64,000 bases of DNA from the human T2T-CHM13v2.0 reference genome, Homo sapiens, in NCBI RefSeq assembly GCF_009914755.1, contig NC_060934.1; one strand, given 5' to 3'. Every line of letters starts with the position of its first letter. The stretch's first letter is position 1. The notes beneath the pieces were generated by a model. It was given only the letters and a program-made list of their open reading frames with translations. It did no database searches and was not told the DNA's origin. Positions 33,985 through 50,135 of the stretch are shown here, in pieces. The position numbers and the translations under genes are program-made.

Positions 33985-34250
33985 TTTTTTTCTTTTCTCT
34001 TTTTGCAAGACAGAGTCTCATTCTGTTTCCCAGGCTGGAGTGCAGTGGTGCAATCATAGCTCACTACAGCTTTGAACTCCTGGGCTCAAGAAATCCTCCT
34101 GCTTCAGCCTCCTGAGTAGCTAGGACTACAGGTACACACCACCACAAATGGCTAAGTTTTAATTTTTTTGTAGAGATAGTGTCTCACTGTGTTGCCCAGA
34201 CTTGTCTCAAACTCCTGGCCTCTAGCGATCCTTCCACCTTGGCCTCCCAG
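33985..34250 (-). mobile_element. Alu (AluJ)
   Basis: Reverse Alu, 5' truncated. Confidence 0.92.
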
Positions 34251-34560
34251 TGAAATTTCTTATAATGTAGCATTTAGAGACAAAGTGATCAGAAGTATAA
34301 AAGAGGGGTTAAAGGAAATAAGCAATAGAGTGAGAGGTCCAACAGAGGTCTAACTAGATGGCCAGAAGGAGACCATACAGAAACCAAGAAAGAGGCATTA
34401 TTTGAAAGATAATGGCTGAGACTATATCAGAATTGATAAAAAAAAAAGAGATATTAATATCCAAAGCCAAGAACTCCATCAATTCCCAAACAAAATACAT
34501 TGAAAAAAATGAATAAAACAATAAAACCCTACACTTAGACATAAAATAGTAAGAACTAAT
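34251..34560 (+). mobile_element. Ancient L1M ORF1 (right half of the interrupted element)
   Basis: AGAGTGAGAGGTCCAAC...CCAGAAGGAGA...GAAAGATAATGGCTGAGA...CCTACACTTAGACAT resembles the L1 ORF1 RRM region. Confidence 0.65.
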
Positions 34561-36184
34561 GATTTAATTTTATGTCTATACGTAGGTTTATCATCAAACA
34601 GCAGGTAATAGATTGGTATACAATAGTAATACAAATAATACAAGTAATACAAATAATCAATTTTAATCTTTGGATAATTCATTAATATATAATCAGTTTC
34701 CAACTCTATTATAATTAAGCCAAATACATTTGAGAGAAGTGTGTTTTATAACCATATCTTGCTTCTTGAAGAAACCCAAAAGTTAAAAGTCTCAGGGTCA
34801 AATCTGATAGTTGTAACCTATTTTCCCACTGTGAGGGGGAGAAGGAAGAAATATTAGTGGTAATTTGTTCAGTTTTTGCTAAAAGTGTTTTCAACTCACT
34901 TTCATTTGCACATTATCAGTCAAAGGAAAGGTTGCGAAAAGGGGAAAAACTATTTAGAGAACACTATGCAAATGGACAGTAGAAAATAGAATTCTAGATG
35001 ATCATTGTTTTATATTCAGAACATGTATATGGATCACTAAAAGCTTGTCTCTGTGGGATGCAATGAGTATTCAAGTTGGTTGGGTGACTTTGTACCCTTG
35101 TTAATATTTTTAAGGGTATTTCTACAATTATCATTTTTTGAATATTCACAAAAGTAGATAGTATATCTACTAAACAAATCACTCTATCTGTGAGCATACC
35201 TAATGAGACCAATTGAAGGGAACATTGTGGCATCATCAAGAGAATAAGAACTTCCCTTAATTGATAATTCCCAATTACTGAAGATAATATGAAGCTTGCT
35301 TCTTTTTGAATTATCCAGCTAAACAGCTAGAAATTCTAAAAACTGTGCAGATAATTATGTAATCCTCTTCTCTATCAGTACTTTAGAAGTGAACAAAACA
35401 TTGCGAGTTTTGTTTGTTTGTGAAAACTTCATTGGGAAAAAATATGGTTTGAAAAGTACAATTATACTTAGTGGGTCATTTATATATTTACGACTTTATC
35501 CAGCTGAAGTTAATGCACTTCACATTGGATATCCTAATGTTAGCTTTCCTCTTTCCATTTGTTCTTAAGTAATCTCAGCATTTCTCCAGGTATCAGCCTT
35601 AATTGCTTATTGAAATCAGAAAAAGAAGAGAATAGGGTTAATTTAAAAAAAAAAGAACTCTTTCTTTACAACTTAATATCTGATTAAATGGATACTATGT
35701 TTAATGATTTCTCATTTTGAAGTACATGATTTGGGAAGTCACATTTCTGCTTCAGTGATCTATGTTGCCAAATGGTGAGTGAACGGTTAAGTCCAGCCTA
35801 GTATGGATTCACTCAGATGAAGATTATATTTGCACTGTGTTGAATGCTTAACTAAATGCCATCAGTTACCAGATGAGAGAAACATGAACTGTGACTGCAG
35901 CAATGACCCTGAAGAGGCATTATTGCCCATCATTAGAAAGTAGAAGAAAAATAAAGTGAGTGTTGAAGATAAAATGGGGAACTATAACACAGAGGGACAG
36001 ATAGTAGAGAGGTGAAAAATATTTATTTAGAAAATAACAAAAATAATAGAATATTATTTTTCTTATTATTTCACCATCTTTTAACTTAGTGTACAGAATC
36101 CTGGTTAGGAAGTACTTCCCCAGCTTTATTTTTTATGACTGTTACAGAAAAACAAAATAGGAAAATATTACTCTATTTCACTTA

Positions 36185-36475
36185 TTTTTTTAGAGATGAG
36201 GTTCTACTCCATTGCCCAGGCTGGAGTACAGTGGTGTGACCATAGCTTATTGCAGCCTTGTACTCCTGGGCTCAAGCAATTCTCCTGCCTCAGCCACCCA
36301 AGGAGTTAGGACTAAAGGCACATACCACCACACCCAGCTAATTATTTTTATTTTTTGTAGAGATGGGGGTCTCACTATGTTGCCCAGGCTAGCCCCAAAC
36401 TCCTAGCCTCAAGCAATGCTCCCACCTCAGCCTCCTAAAAGTGCTAGAGTTATAAGCATGAACCACCACACCCAT
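36185..36475 (-). mobile_element. Alu (AluJ)
   Basis: Reverse dimeric Alu. Confidence 0.92.
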
Positions 36476-36849
36476 CTATTCTATTTTAATAATAAAAGCC
36501 AAGTTCCAGAGGACAGATAACTAGAGAAGCAGTAACTTAATGTGGATATGCTACATTTAAGATTGGTCAAAAAATTAGAGAAGAAGAAATAAATAAGTTT
36601 GTCCTGCATGTATTAGGTAAACATAAATAATAATAAGCATGATTATTTTCAGGCTATTGTTTAGATGTTTATACCCAGGTTCTCAATAATCTGTTACATT
36701 TGTGGGATCCATGGAGGGGCAGTGTGTGTTGCCTAACAAATGCGGTCAAGTAGGTTCAAGGATCACTAAGTCCTTCAAAGCTCAAATGATAAGGGCCATT
36801 CTTGGGCAGCCACCACCACAGATGCCTAGGCTATGCTTAGAACACTGAT

Positions 36850-37690
36850 ACTCTAGCAAACCTTTGAAGAATGTTGAGAAAAGGGAATGACATGATTAAA
36901 TTTACACTATCAAGGTAACTCTGGAAGCAGTTTGAAAGATTGGGGGTGGAGATGAAGAATACAGGCAGAGAGGAGGTGTCCCTAATAAAGCCTGTCAGAA
37001 AGAAGGACTGCAGCCTGGGCAACCTGGTGAAACCCCATCTCTACAGAAATACAAAATTTAACTGGGCATCATGGTGCATGCCTGTAATCCCAGCTACTCA
37101 GGAGGCTGCAGTGGGAGCATCACTTGAGCCTGGGATGTCAAGGCTGTAGTGAGCCCAAGATCACGCCACTGCACTCCAGCCTGGGAAACAGAATGAGACT
37201 CTGTCTTGAAAAAAAAAAAAAAGAAAGAAAGAAAGAAAGAAGCACTAGCTTTTCAAACATATTAGCAGCCATTGACAAAGCAGAACCAAGCATACTCAAT
37301 TTATATACTCAGCTCAGGCCTGAATTCGGGAGCGAGCGCTGGGGCAGAAGAAGAGAAACAAGAAGGAAGCAGAGCTGACGTCTTTAGAAAACAGTGGGTT
37401 GTGGGAGGTGAACAAGGAGAAGGGGTCTAGATTTCCTGGGCGGCTGGGGCAGGCATGTGAGTAGCGAGCCGTTCACAGAGCTGTGGAAGAGGAGGTGCCT
37501 ATTTGGAGGAAGGCACTAGAAATAGTCAAGGGCATATTGAGCTTGAGGAATCTGAAGAACACTCACATAGATGTCCCGGAACCAGCTGGATATAGATGGA
37601 GCTGAAGTGCAAGGGTTCTTGGCTGCATATGTAAATTTGGAAGTTATCAGCTTATTTGAGCTTTGCATAAGGATAAAATCATCCAGAAAA
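36850..37690 (-). mobile_element. L2 fragments flanking an Alu
   Basis: GGGAATGACATGATTAAATTT...ACTCTGG and AATTTGGAAGTTATCAGC motifs. Confidence 0.55.
37010..37241 (+). mobile_element. Alu (AluJ, 5' truncated)
   Basis: Starts mid left arm; A/(GAAA)n tail. Confidence 0.9.
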
Positions 37691-38210
37691 CATGTCGAGG
37701 GCTTAGGTCTAGCACTTGGCATTTGAGATGGTCTTACTCTAGCTGCTACATGTTGGAAGAGACAGCGATGCACTGGAGCAACTTATGATACAGGAATTGG
37801 CTAGAAGGATGGAATGGAGAGATGAAGTCTATTCCAATAGGAATGTGCTGTGTGGAGGCTTTGACTCCTCTGAACTTCCAGAGCAGAGCTGAGACCAACT
37901 GGGGGAACTTCATGGAGGGAACTTCAAGCTTAGTATACAGGAGACCAAATGAATGACTAGAGTGCCACAGCACACAGACACTGCCCTAGGAAGTAGGTAG
38001 GTTCCCAGTGGGAGGACACAGGGAAGTGGAGGTTAAAACAGGGTTTCTGTAGTAGGTGGGGAGCATAATTGGGTGGATTTCACTGCTTCTTTCAACTCTC
38101 CGATCTGGGGATACATTGTGTACTGCAGTAGAACAAAATGCAGCAAAATTCCAGGATAACAGAAAATAATTGGACTGTCTCTATAAAGAAGGTGCTTAAA
38201 AAAAAAATTA

Positions 38211-38540
<330 letters not shown>

Positions 38541-38810
38541 ACCTAACTTTAAAACGTGCTTTTGGTGTTGCAGACATTTTCATTTTCTGTCCATATTAAC
38601 CTCTATTACCCCCTTCCTCTCTGATTCTTTCCCTTCTCTTCATATGGTTCTCCTTAAGAATGTGTCAGTAACAAACTGTTTTTTGTTACATAAAAAATGT
38701 CAAAGAAACCAAACATAAAAGGGCAGAGAAAGGAGAGGCAGGTCATATGATATTTCCTTGAGGTTCAATGTCTTGTTTCTTTTTTTGCTTTCTGTTCTTA
38801 TATTCTGGAA

Positions 38811-39148
38811 TTCTTCTTCTTCTTCTTCTTCCTCTTCCTCTTCTTCTTCTTCTTTTTTTTTTTTTTTTTGAGATAGAGTCTTGCTTTGTCACCCAGATTT
38901 GAGTGCAGTGGCCTGCACACTCAGTGCAGCCTTTACCTCCCGGGATCAAGTGATCCCCCACCTCAGCCCCCTAAGTAGCTGACACTACAGGTTGCATCAA
39001 CATGCTTGGCTAATTTTTGTATTTCTTGTAAAGATGGGGTTTTGCCATGTTGTCCAGATTGGCCTTGAACTCCTGAGCTCAGGCAGTCCGCCTGCCTTGG
39101 TCTCCAAAAGTGCTGAGATTACAGACATGAGTCACCATGCCCAGCCTG
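38811..39148 (-). mobile_element. Alu (AluJ) with (CTT)n-derived tail
   Basis: Reverse Alu; flanks CTGGAATTCTT/CTGGGATTCTT. Confidence 0.9.
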
Positions 39149-39265
39149 GGATTCTTATTTCATCTCATGTAATACCTAGCACCCTCCATACCTTCCTCTA
39201 TGCTCTACATGATAAAACCTCTTGCAGGATCAAGAAAGCTGAGAAAGTCCTTCTGTTCCCCCTAA

Positions 39266-39267
<2 letters not shown>

Positions 39268-39317
<50 letters not shown>
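39268..39317. repeat. (CA)n microsatellite, about 24 units
   Basis: Direct reading. Confidence 0.95.
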
Positions 39318-39319
<2 letters not shown>

Positions 39320-39714
39320 CTTCCTCACATGCTCACTACAGCCTCAAATTCCAAAATGGGCACTTCATTCCCTAAATGAAGGCAGTCCTCCCTGCAAAAA
39401 CAGAAACCATCCTGAAAGACGTATCATTCCAAATTATAATTGGTTTTCTATGCCTTGTATGAATGAATTTTACAACTCTTTAAGAGCTATTTCTGGGTTT
39501 TCTGTCTCTCAGGCTGGAGTGCAGTGGCACCATCATAACTGTTTTTACTACATATTTTGAGTTTATTCTTTCCAGTTTTCTTTTTCCTTTCCTTAATTGC
39601 TGTAGCAGTGATTCATTTCAGTGACTGATATGTTATCTATGTTTACTGAGCAATTTAGGTCCTCAATCTGATCATTTTATGTTTATATCGTCCCTTCCAT
39701 GGCTTCCCAAGTAA

Positions 39715-40056
<342 letters not shown>

Positions 40057-41014
40057 TAATCTATTTTTATTGTGCTTATCAATGAACCTTAATTTTTTTT
40101 TTCAAATTCTGAGAGGTCATTACTGAAGATAGCCTAAACTGTAACAGAAGCCTGAGAATTTTTCTGTGATTCCAGGCATCTGGAGCCATTTTGCAAGAGG
40201 AATCACTTGGGGGGAGTAGGGCCTCTGAGGGCCTGATGAACAACCTGTGGGACCTAATCTGTGTATTGGTTTCATTGAGACCCAAGGCAGATATTGGGCT
40301 GCCTTCGGTCACTCCCAAGCTGGCATGGCCAACTCATGAGTCACACCAGGCCATGGGGTTATTTTCCTGCTGGCTATTCTAAAGATTGATACACAGCGTT
40401 TATGCCATGTTTAATACTGAACGCTCAGTATCTAGTGCTTGGAGAACTTACTGATATTATACAGAGTGGAGAGAGGCGCAGGGCCCCATAGCCTGGCAGT
40501 GTGGCTTTTTTGGGATATAAGCAGACATCTTTGCATTGTGGCCATGAAGAAAAGACATTTATCCTTGGCATTCGTGGTCTGTGCCACTCTCTGGAGCATA
40601 GCTATCTAATCCTTTTGTTTCTGGCATGTAGAGTCTGAGAGCAGGAAGATGCCCTGCTCCTGCCTCTCTATGATTCCAGAAATCACATCCACTTCCATGT
40701 GCACAGATTCTCTCTTTCAATTGCACAGCAACTCCATTTATGATGAGGAAACCACAGCTTGGAAAAGATGAGTGCCTTACCTCAGGGTCTCAAAAATGCC
40801 AGAGTTGCAACCCACAGTCAGGATTCTCTGTCTCCAAAGTCCATGCTCTGCTCTGTCCTAACCAATAAAATAAAAATAAAAGGCTGTTCTCTTTTTTATG
40901 CTAAGAGAATTCTAGAAAAACAGGTACAGATGCATACATTCTTATGAGTTCAGAGATTGTTTTAAAAGAAAAAGATGCTGTTATACTTTCAGATCTAAGA
41001 AGTTAAACTGCTAA

Positions 41015-42297
<1,283 letters not shown>

Positions 42298-42901
42298 AAA
42301 CTACCATTTAAAACTAGTAATAAAAACACTTTTTAAAGGAGATTCAGGTGTAAAGTACCATAGAGGTTAAGAGAAGACTCATTATTCAGGGAAGGATTTC
42401 ACCCAGTGATTTGAACTGGGCCTTGGGGTTTGGAGGACTGGCCGCAAGTGCAGAGGGTAAAGCCGTGATGGAGCAGTGCCCTGGTGACCTTGGGAAGTCA
42501 GGTACCTGGAGAAAGAACGTGCAGCTGAGAGGGGAGGACATGTTTCCACTTCATGTCCCTAACATAGATGGGCAGCTTTCCAGGATTTCTCCCCAGCAAA
42601 GATAAAATCCATTAGCTTTACACGGCACACTTTTCTCTTGAGTGAGAATTATTATCCCATTGTGCGTTCACCAGCAATGCTGATGTGTGGGCAAATACTT
42701 GGGCCCTAATCTTGGCATTCTCTCCAAGCAGCTGTGTGACCATTCATCTTTCTGAACTTGTGTCTTCTCTTATACAATGAAGGGGCGCTGATGTCTAAAT
42801 TTCTTTTGGCAGCATTCTTGTTCCATGAGACAGTGATCTGGTGCTGAGGCATTTCAGGTTCTTCTTGCATATGGAGATATGCAAGAGTAAAATAATAAAA
42901 T

Positions 42902-43248
42902 AGAGACACACAGAGAGAGACAGATGAGAGAGAGAGAGACAAATGAAAAGGCTGAATCCAGGCCTTCTGTGGCCCGTCTGTTCTTCCTGCCTGTGTCCTA
43001 TGGGCAATGCCCCCACATCCTTCAAATCCTCCTTCTGTTTAAACCAGCGCAAGTGGTTCTTACAACCAAAGGATCCCTCGTTAAAACACCCTGATTTCCA
43101 AGACCTTCTTTTCCTGTCTGATTTCCGTTTAAGGTTTCTCATGGGTGTGTTGGATCTGGTAACGTCTTAGCATGGCGAGGGATGAAATCAGGTCCCTTCT
43201 GTGGGAGACGGCTGCTGGCAGAGCAGGACCTTTCAAACCTGACGATAC
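42902..43248 (+). repeat. Local duplication, copy 1 (~347 bp)
   Basis: Aligns colinearly with 44126-44436. Confidence 0.9.
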
Positions 43249-44125
43249 AGGAGACTTGTGTTAACGCACTTCACCCTCCATTACTGGATTGATTCACAAA
43301 AGGATTCATCAAGTAGCCACAATGTGCAGGGATTATGGGAAAAGACAACTATGAAAGATGAATGAGCAAAGAAAACAAACACTGAAATAGAGAGAAGCAG
43401 AGATATTCTGTGATGTGTAACTGAGGTTTACAGTAGAGGCTCAGCATCAGGGAAATGGGAGAACAGTGATCACCTATGCCCCCATGGAGGGCCATTTGAA
43501 GCTATTATAGGGCCATGAGGCAGTTCTGAGCACCAGAGTTAGGGTTAGGTAATTTCTGTCCACGCTCTCCTGGTACACTGTCTCTGTATAAGCAGAATGA
43601 AAGTCTCCATTTCCCTTAGAAAATAAATGGGATAATGCCATCCACCCATTAATGGTATTGTATTGCCATAAAAAGGAAATATGATCAGCCAATTTAAATA
43701 CAAGTAAGGTATCTGATTAGTCTCATTCCTTCGAAGTTCTGAAACATGCTTCCTGTGAAAGCTCTATGGTCGATCTTGCATAAGACATTATCCATTCCAT
43801 AATGCAACATTTTCTGTACCCAGAAAATGGTTTGTTTGCAAAAGGGAGGGCCACCCCTGATGATGGTTGTGATAACTTTTGGGATGATGGCAAAGCACAC
43901 GTCTGCATCCCCATCACTCACAGTCATGGCACTGTAGCAAAATTTGCATCCCCAAGGCCACGCACAACTGAATTGAAACACTGGTGTAACAGTTTCTTCT
44001 GAAAATTTAGAACTGGATCTGAGAGGCACTGGGAGTTGTTGTTGGTCCTTAAACCACAACATCCTGGCACATCCAAGACTGGCCCAGTGCATAATCAGAG
44101 AAGGATGGCTTACAGGGAGAAATAA

Positions 44126-44436
44126 AGAGACACACAGAGAGAGACAGATGAGACAGACAGAGACAAATGAAAAGGCTGAATCCAGGCCTTCTGTGGCCCT
44201 TCTGTTCTTCCGGCCTGTGTCCTGTGGGCAGTGCCCCCACATCCTTCAAATCCTTCTTCTATTTAAACCAGTGTTGAGTGGCTTCCAAGACCTTCTTTTC
44301 CTTTCTCATTTCTGTTTAAGGTTTCTTGTACGTGTATTGGATCTGGTGATATCTTAGCATGGTGAGGGATGAAATCAGGTCCCTTCTGTTGGAGATGGCT
44401 GCTGGCTGAGCAGGACCTTCCAGAGCTTGATGATAC
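44126..44436 (+). repeat. Local duplication, copy 2 (~311 bp; lacks ~36 bp)
   Basis: Same sequence as 42902-43248, missing CTTACAACCAAAGGATCCCTCGTTAAAACACCC. Confidence 0.9.
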
Positions 44437-45765
44437 TGGCTGTAAGCTGTTTGGTTGTTTATACGGCATTCCTGGGTCAGTGTTTGTCCTTGGTTTTATT
44501 TAAGAAGACGGAACAAGAAGAAGGGACCCTCTGTCCTTGGCGTGACTAGTATTGTTCAATGGCACATCTGTTTTCCTAAGCCATTAATGGATCCTTCCGG
44601 AAACAGCCAATCTTTCCTCAAGCATTAGGTCAGCAATCCTGATTAGAATCAGCATCAACCACCCATGAAACTAGAAGCTCCCCTTGTGATTTATTATTAC
44701 AATAAAACCTCACTAATTAACCATAATTAGGAAAAAAAGCCTGTCTCCATTTTAAGATTCAAAAAGAAGCAACATTTTAATTCCTTCCAACTTTGCATAG
44801 TCATTTAAATTACACTAATAAGTATATTTGACTTGATGTGTAAATAAAAATTATTTCTAAATAGCACATCAACTTAATATATGCATTTTGGTATGTAAAG
44901 TGTCTTTAAGAAACAGCTTGTTCTTTCAAGCATTCTACTTATACTCTTACAATATTAATAGTTTAGTAAGTGTTTTTTCAGATTGAAAACACAATGATTA
45001 ACTTAATCTTAACGTTTGTCAAAATTATTTTTAAACAAGTAGGGCCAGAATTACTGAGATTATTGTACTTTTGAATCAATATGACAATATTTAGGGAAAT
45101 GAATGATAGGAGTTAACGTGTCACACAAACCTATTCTGAAGCTTTCTACATCTTACTGAGGGTTTTACATTGCACTGAAAATGAAGCTGATTTATTTAAG
45201 AGTCTGATGGAATGATTGTGTTGTAGATGAGCTGAAAATCTTTTCTCCTGCATGTTTGATAATGCTGTGATTTTTACACCATGGTTCCAGTTTACAAAGA
45301 GACAAGGGTAAAAACAAATAAGCCTGCAGTAGGATGTTTGGTGCCCCAAATCATTTCTTCTGATGTTTACTTGCTGTTTATAAAGCCTGAAGAAAACGTG
45401 CCAGGAAGCCAAGACTGGTTTTATGAATAGAGATGTCTTAAATGGCTACGCTAATGTCAAGCCTGCAGGAATGTCTCATCAGGACACCCGATGTGAGCTG
45501 CATTGGGCTACCAAGGCAGAGTTTCTGTCTGTGTTCTGTGGGGGATACGGATGAATGCTGGGATGAGACAGGTGGGCACAGCAGTTGACCTGACCCTGGG
45601 ATGGCACCTGCTGAGGATCCCAAGACAGCCTGACTCATGCCGGACATTTATCTGCTGATGGAGCCTCTTCCTCCTCGTTCCTTCCTTTTCCTGTTAAGTT
45701 GGCTGTTTTCAGCTTCTTGCCTTGCTTTTCACCTGGCCCCCTAAAATGGTCTGCACAGTCTAAAA

Positions 45766-45980
45766 CAGAGGTGTCCAATCTTTTGGCTTCCCTGGGCCAC
45801 ATTGGAAAAAGAAGAATTGTCTTGGGCCACATATAAAATACATTAACACTAGTGATAGCTGATGGGGAAGAAAAAAAGAATCTCATAATGTGTGAAGAAA
45901 ATTTATAAATTTGTGTTGGGCTGCATTCGAAGCTGTCCTGGGCCACATGTGGCCTGGGGACTGAGGGTTAGACAAGCTTG
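45766..45980 (+). mobile_element. MER30 hAT-Charlie MITE
   Basis: CAGAGGTGTCCAATCTTTTGGCTTCCCTGGGCCAC...GACAAGCTTG; perfect 8-bp TSD GTCTAAAA at 45758-45765 and 45981-45988. Confidence 0.93.
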
Positions 45981-46382
45981 GTCTAAAAGGACAGAGCAAG
46001 AAAACTAAGGCAGGTTTTTAGAATGAGTTGGAAGCTACTTACATTCTAGTGTCCCTTGTTGTAGAAGCTGCACCCTTACCCACCTGGCCCCAGAAGTGCT
46101 TCTTTGACCTCACAGGATCAAGTCTACTAGAGGCACAATATTGACAAATCTGCTAACCAGTTAAGATGGGACTCAATCTGGCATTCATGTCGCTGGAGGT
46201 TGTAAGGGAAGATGAAAAGATGCTTTCTGCTGCTGAAGGTGATAGTGCTTTGTCCCCTTTTGTAATTCAGCCTCTGGTTAGGAATGACTGATGGCTGTGG
46301 ATAACTTCACCCCAGAGGAATTCACTGTGCCTCTTCCCCAGGATGCCAGCTGGGCCTTTGTTCTCATTGTTTTTGGACATCA

Positions 46383-47224
46383 TTTTTTTTTCTTTATTTT
46401 TATTTTTTATATTCCAGGGTACATGTGCAGGATGTACAGGTTTGCTACATAGATAAAAATGTGCCATGGTGGTTTGCTGCACCTATCAACCCATCACCTA
46501 GGTATTAAGCCCAGCATGCCTTAGCTATTTTCCCTAATGTTCTCCCCCAAACCCCCACCCCTAACAGGCCCCAGTGTGTGTTGTTCCGCTCCCTGTATTC
46601 ATGTGTTCTCGTGTTCAGCTCCCACTTATAAGTGAGAACATGCGGTGTTTGGTTTTCTGTTTCTGTGTTAGTTTGCTGAGGATGATGGCTTCCAGCTTCA
46701 TCTGTGTCCATGCAGAGGACATGCTCTTTTTCCTTTTTATAGCTGCGTAGTATTCTATGGTGTATATGTACCACAGTTTCTTTATCCAGTCTATCATTGA
46801 TGGGCATTTGGGTTGATTCCACATCTTTGCTATTGTGAATAGTGCTGCAATGAACATATGTGTGCATGTATCTTTATAATAAGATGATTTATATTTCTTT
46901 GGGTATATACCCAGTAATGGGATTTCTGGGTCAAATGATATTTCTGGTTCTAAATCTTTGGGGAATTGCCATATTGTCTTCCACAATGGTTGAACTAATT
47001 TACATTCCCACCAACAGTGTAAAAGTGTTCCTATTTCTCTGCAACCTCACCAGCAACTGTTGTTTCTTGACTTTTTAATAATGGCTTTTCTGACTGGTGT
47101 GAGATGGTATCTCATTGTGGTTTTGATTTGCATTTCTCTGATGATCAGTGATGTTGAGCATTGTTTCATATGTTTGTTAGTGCTTGTATGTCTTTTTTTG
47201 ATAAGTGGCTTTTCATATCCTTTG
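46383..47224 (-). mobile_element. 5'-truncated L1PA (about PA8-10)
   Basis: ORF2 C-terminal peptide in ORF 46615-46986; flanks GGACATCA/GGGCATCA. Confidence 0.9.
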
Positions 47225-47899
47225 GGCATCAACATTTTTAATGTGTTTGCTATTTGGCATCTTGGCTGCCGTTTTGTAATTTTTCATCTTATATGAAATT
47301 GAGGCACATGTGAGATACTGAAATCAACCTTTTGTAGAGGAGCAGGATGGGAAACAAGGAGGAGCTAAGGGGCCTTCTCAGGGACACTCTGTTGCTGCTG
47401 TCTTTTGTGCCACAGATGACTATTATCATGCCTCATTCCAATCTTGGGCTCTTGGCCAATGTGGGCACCATGGCACAGAGGACATTGCTGGTGCATGGGT
47501 GTCACCAAGTTCAAATCCAGGCCCTAATGTTCACTATTTGAATAGCCTCCAGAAATTTATTTCATCTCTTGGTGAAGGTATTGGTTTTATGAAAAAGTGC
47601 AATTACATAAAATAAGAGGAAGTGCTCAATAATTGCTTGCTAGCCTTGTGGCTTAAGGTTTAGGGTAATCTGTGGTTCTTCATATATACACATACATATA
47701 TGCTGGCAAAGAATTAATTTCCACATTCTTATCTAGCACTTCTTTGCAATGGAGAAATAGCACTTTAAATTTTGGAGTACTTTGACACACATTTCTAAAT
47801 ATGTTTTCCATCCAATGTTAATGAGATTATGGTGGCCTAATAGGTGAAGGCATTGAGTGAAATTTAAAGTAAAATAAAATTATAAAATTACTACATTAA

Positions 47900-48900
47900 G
47901 AACATGCAATTAACTAGATAGTGGGGAGAGGGAGAGGGAGGAATTGAGGCTGCCTCCTAGATTTCTGCCTTGTGTAATGAGTGCATGATGATGCAATTGA
48001 CCAAGCCAAGGACCACCAGGGAATAGCAGGTCAAGCAAGTAAATGATCAGTTCCTTTGAGGGCCTGTCGCATTTCAGGCATCCTTGGAACACCTGAAGAT
48101 GTCTAATGAGGAGCTAGGCTTCAGGAGAGAAACCTAAGAGCTAAGAAAATATTACAGAGAGTTGTTGAGGTCTTTTCACTTGCTCTCCCTCTGGTCTGGA
48201 ACACTGTTTCTCCAGGTATCTGCATATTTCACTCCCCATATCCTTCAAGGTCTTTGCTCAAAACATCATCTTTGCAGTAAGACTCTCCTGGCCACCCAAT
48301 TATAAATGCAGAATGCTTGCTACCCCAGCTCTTCCTCTCTACCTTCTTTGTGCTATATTTTGACATAGTAGACATAACATTATCTAACCTACTATATATT
48401 TTACTTACTTTCACTTATTTGGTTCACGATGTTTCACCTATTAGAATGTAAGCCCCACGTGGGCAAGGATTTTTGTGTTTTTGTGTATTTCGTTTACATC
48501 TCTATCCTCAGTAGCCAGAAAGGTACATATAATCACTCAAGAAATACTTGTTGAATTAGAGAATGTGCCCTTCCTATGTGCCTGACACGAAGTGCTTTTT
48601 GTGTATTATCTCATTTAATCCAAGTAAGCAATGGGTTTATAGATAGTAATGAGAGCCATGAAAATGAATGAGATTTGCAAGGAGAGTATTTAACAAAAAA
48701 GAGAAGACTGAGAGCAGAGACCTAAAGAATACTATTATTTTAGAGACTGGCAAGGGAAATGGACCCTGCAGAGGAAGTCACAAAAAGCCACACAGAGAGG
48801 AGGAGGAAAACCAGGCTACTGTGGTGCTATGGCAATGAACTGAGGGAACATTTCCAAAGGGAGGAAGTGATCCAAGGTGTCAGACTAGGTAAGGAGCAAA
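47900..48900 (-). mobile_element. L2 fragments (minus) hosting a plus-strand L2 end
   Basis: CTGCCTCCTAGATTTCTG...GATCAGTTC and GAGCCATGAAAATGAATGAGAT motifs. Confidence 0.55.
48170..48557 (+). mobile_element. L2 3' end
   Basis: TAGAATGTAAGCCCCAC..GGGCAAGGATTTT...CTCAAGAAATACTTGTTGAAT. Confidence 0.8.
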
Positions 48901-48957
48901 AAGTAATTGAGAGAGAAGTACAAGCAAAGCCCCTCTGCCTTCCTTTGCCGCATCTGA

Positions 48958-49364
<407 letters not shown>

Positions 49365-49839
49365 CAGAGTTTACTTTTAAGCAAGACATAGATGATGATA
49401 GATAGTTCAGTGGTTCGCAGACTTTGGAATTTCATAAACTGATAACATTTGAGGGGTTTAAGGGAGTCACTGAAATAATAGACCAACTTACCAGTCCTCT
49501 GAATCATTCTACTCAATTCATTAAGGATGACCTGACCAGAGGAAACGAATAAACTGAGAATTGTTCAGGAGATGTGAAACCCAGTCAAGACCATTTGTCT
49601 TGCCTTCTGGTCTTCAGTGCAAGTCAAAAGTCTTATTGGAAAGGGTAAGATTTCTAGCCCACGGCCACCAATAATGGGCCCCATTGTGGGTACTGTGTCT
49701 GCCCTGCTACTCTGTTCATCATGGTGCCCAGGAATAGCCTGGAAAGTCTCTAGCACCCTTGACCATGAATATCTATCAGCCTCTTCACCCCATACCACAG
49801 ATAAATACACACAATTTCAGTTAAAAAAAAAAAAGTGCT

Positions 49840-50135
49840 GGCTGGGAGGCATGGTAGCTCACGCCTATGGTCCCAGCACTTTGGGAGGCTGAGGCAGGCA
49901 GATCGCTTGAGCCCAGGAGTTTGAGAGCAGCCTAGGTAACATGGCAAAATCACGTCTCTACAAAAAATACAAAAATTAGCTGGGCATAACTGCATGTGCC
50001 TGTTGTCTCAGCTACTTGGGAGGCTGAGGTGAGAGGATCACTTAAGCAGAGGAGGTTGAGGCTGCGGTGGGCCAAGATTATGCCACTGCACTCCAGCCTG
50101 GGCAACAAAGCGAGACCCTGTCTCAAAAAAAAAAA
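49840..50135 (+). mobile_element. Alu (AluJ)
   Basis: Full dimer; A-rich TSD ending AAGTG. Confidence 0.93.

Noticed and set aside
43694-44242. 182-aa minus-strand ORF, the longest non-L1 ORF
   Set aside because: Runs through the duplicated, LTR-like and (CT)-rich sequence; the frame is not preserved in the sister copy; no recognisable domain
42902-44436. Direct repeats read as paired LTRs of a small retroelement
   Set aside because: No TG...CA termini, PBS, PPT or TSD seen
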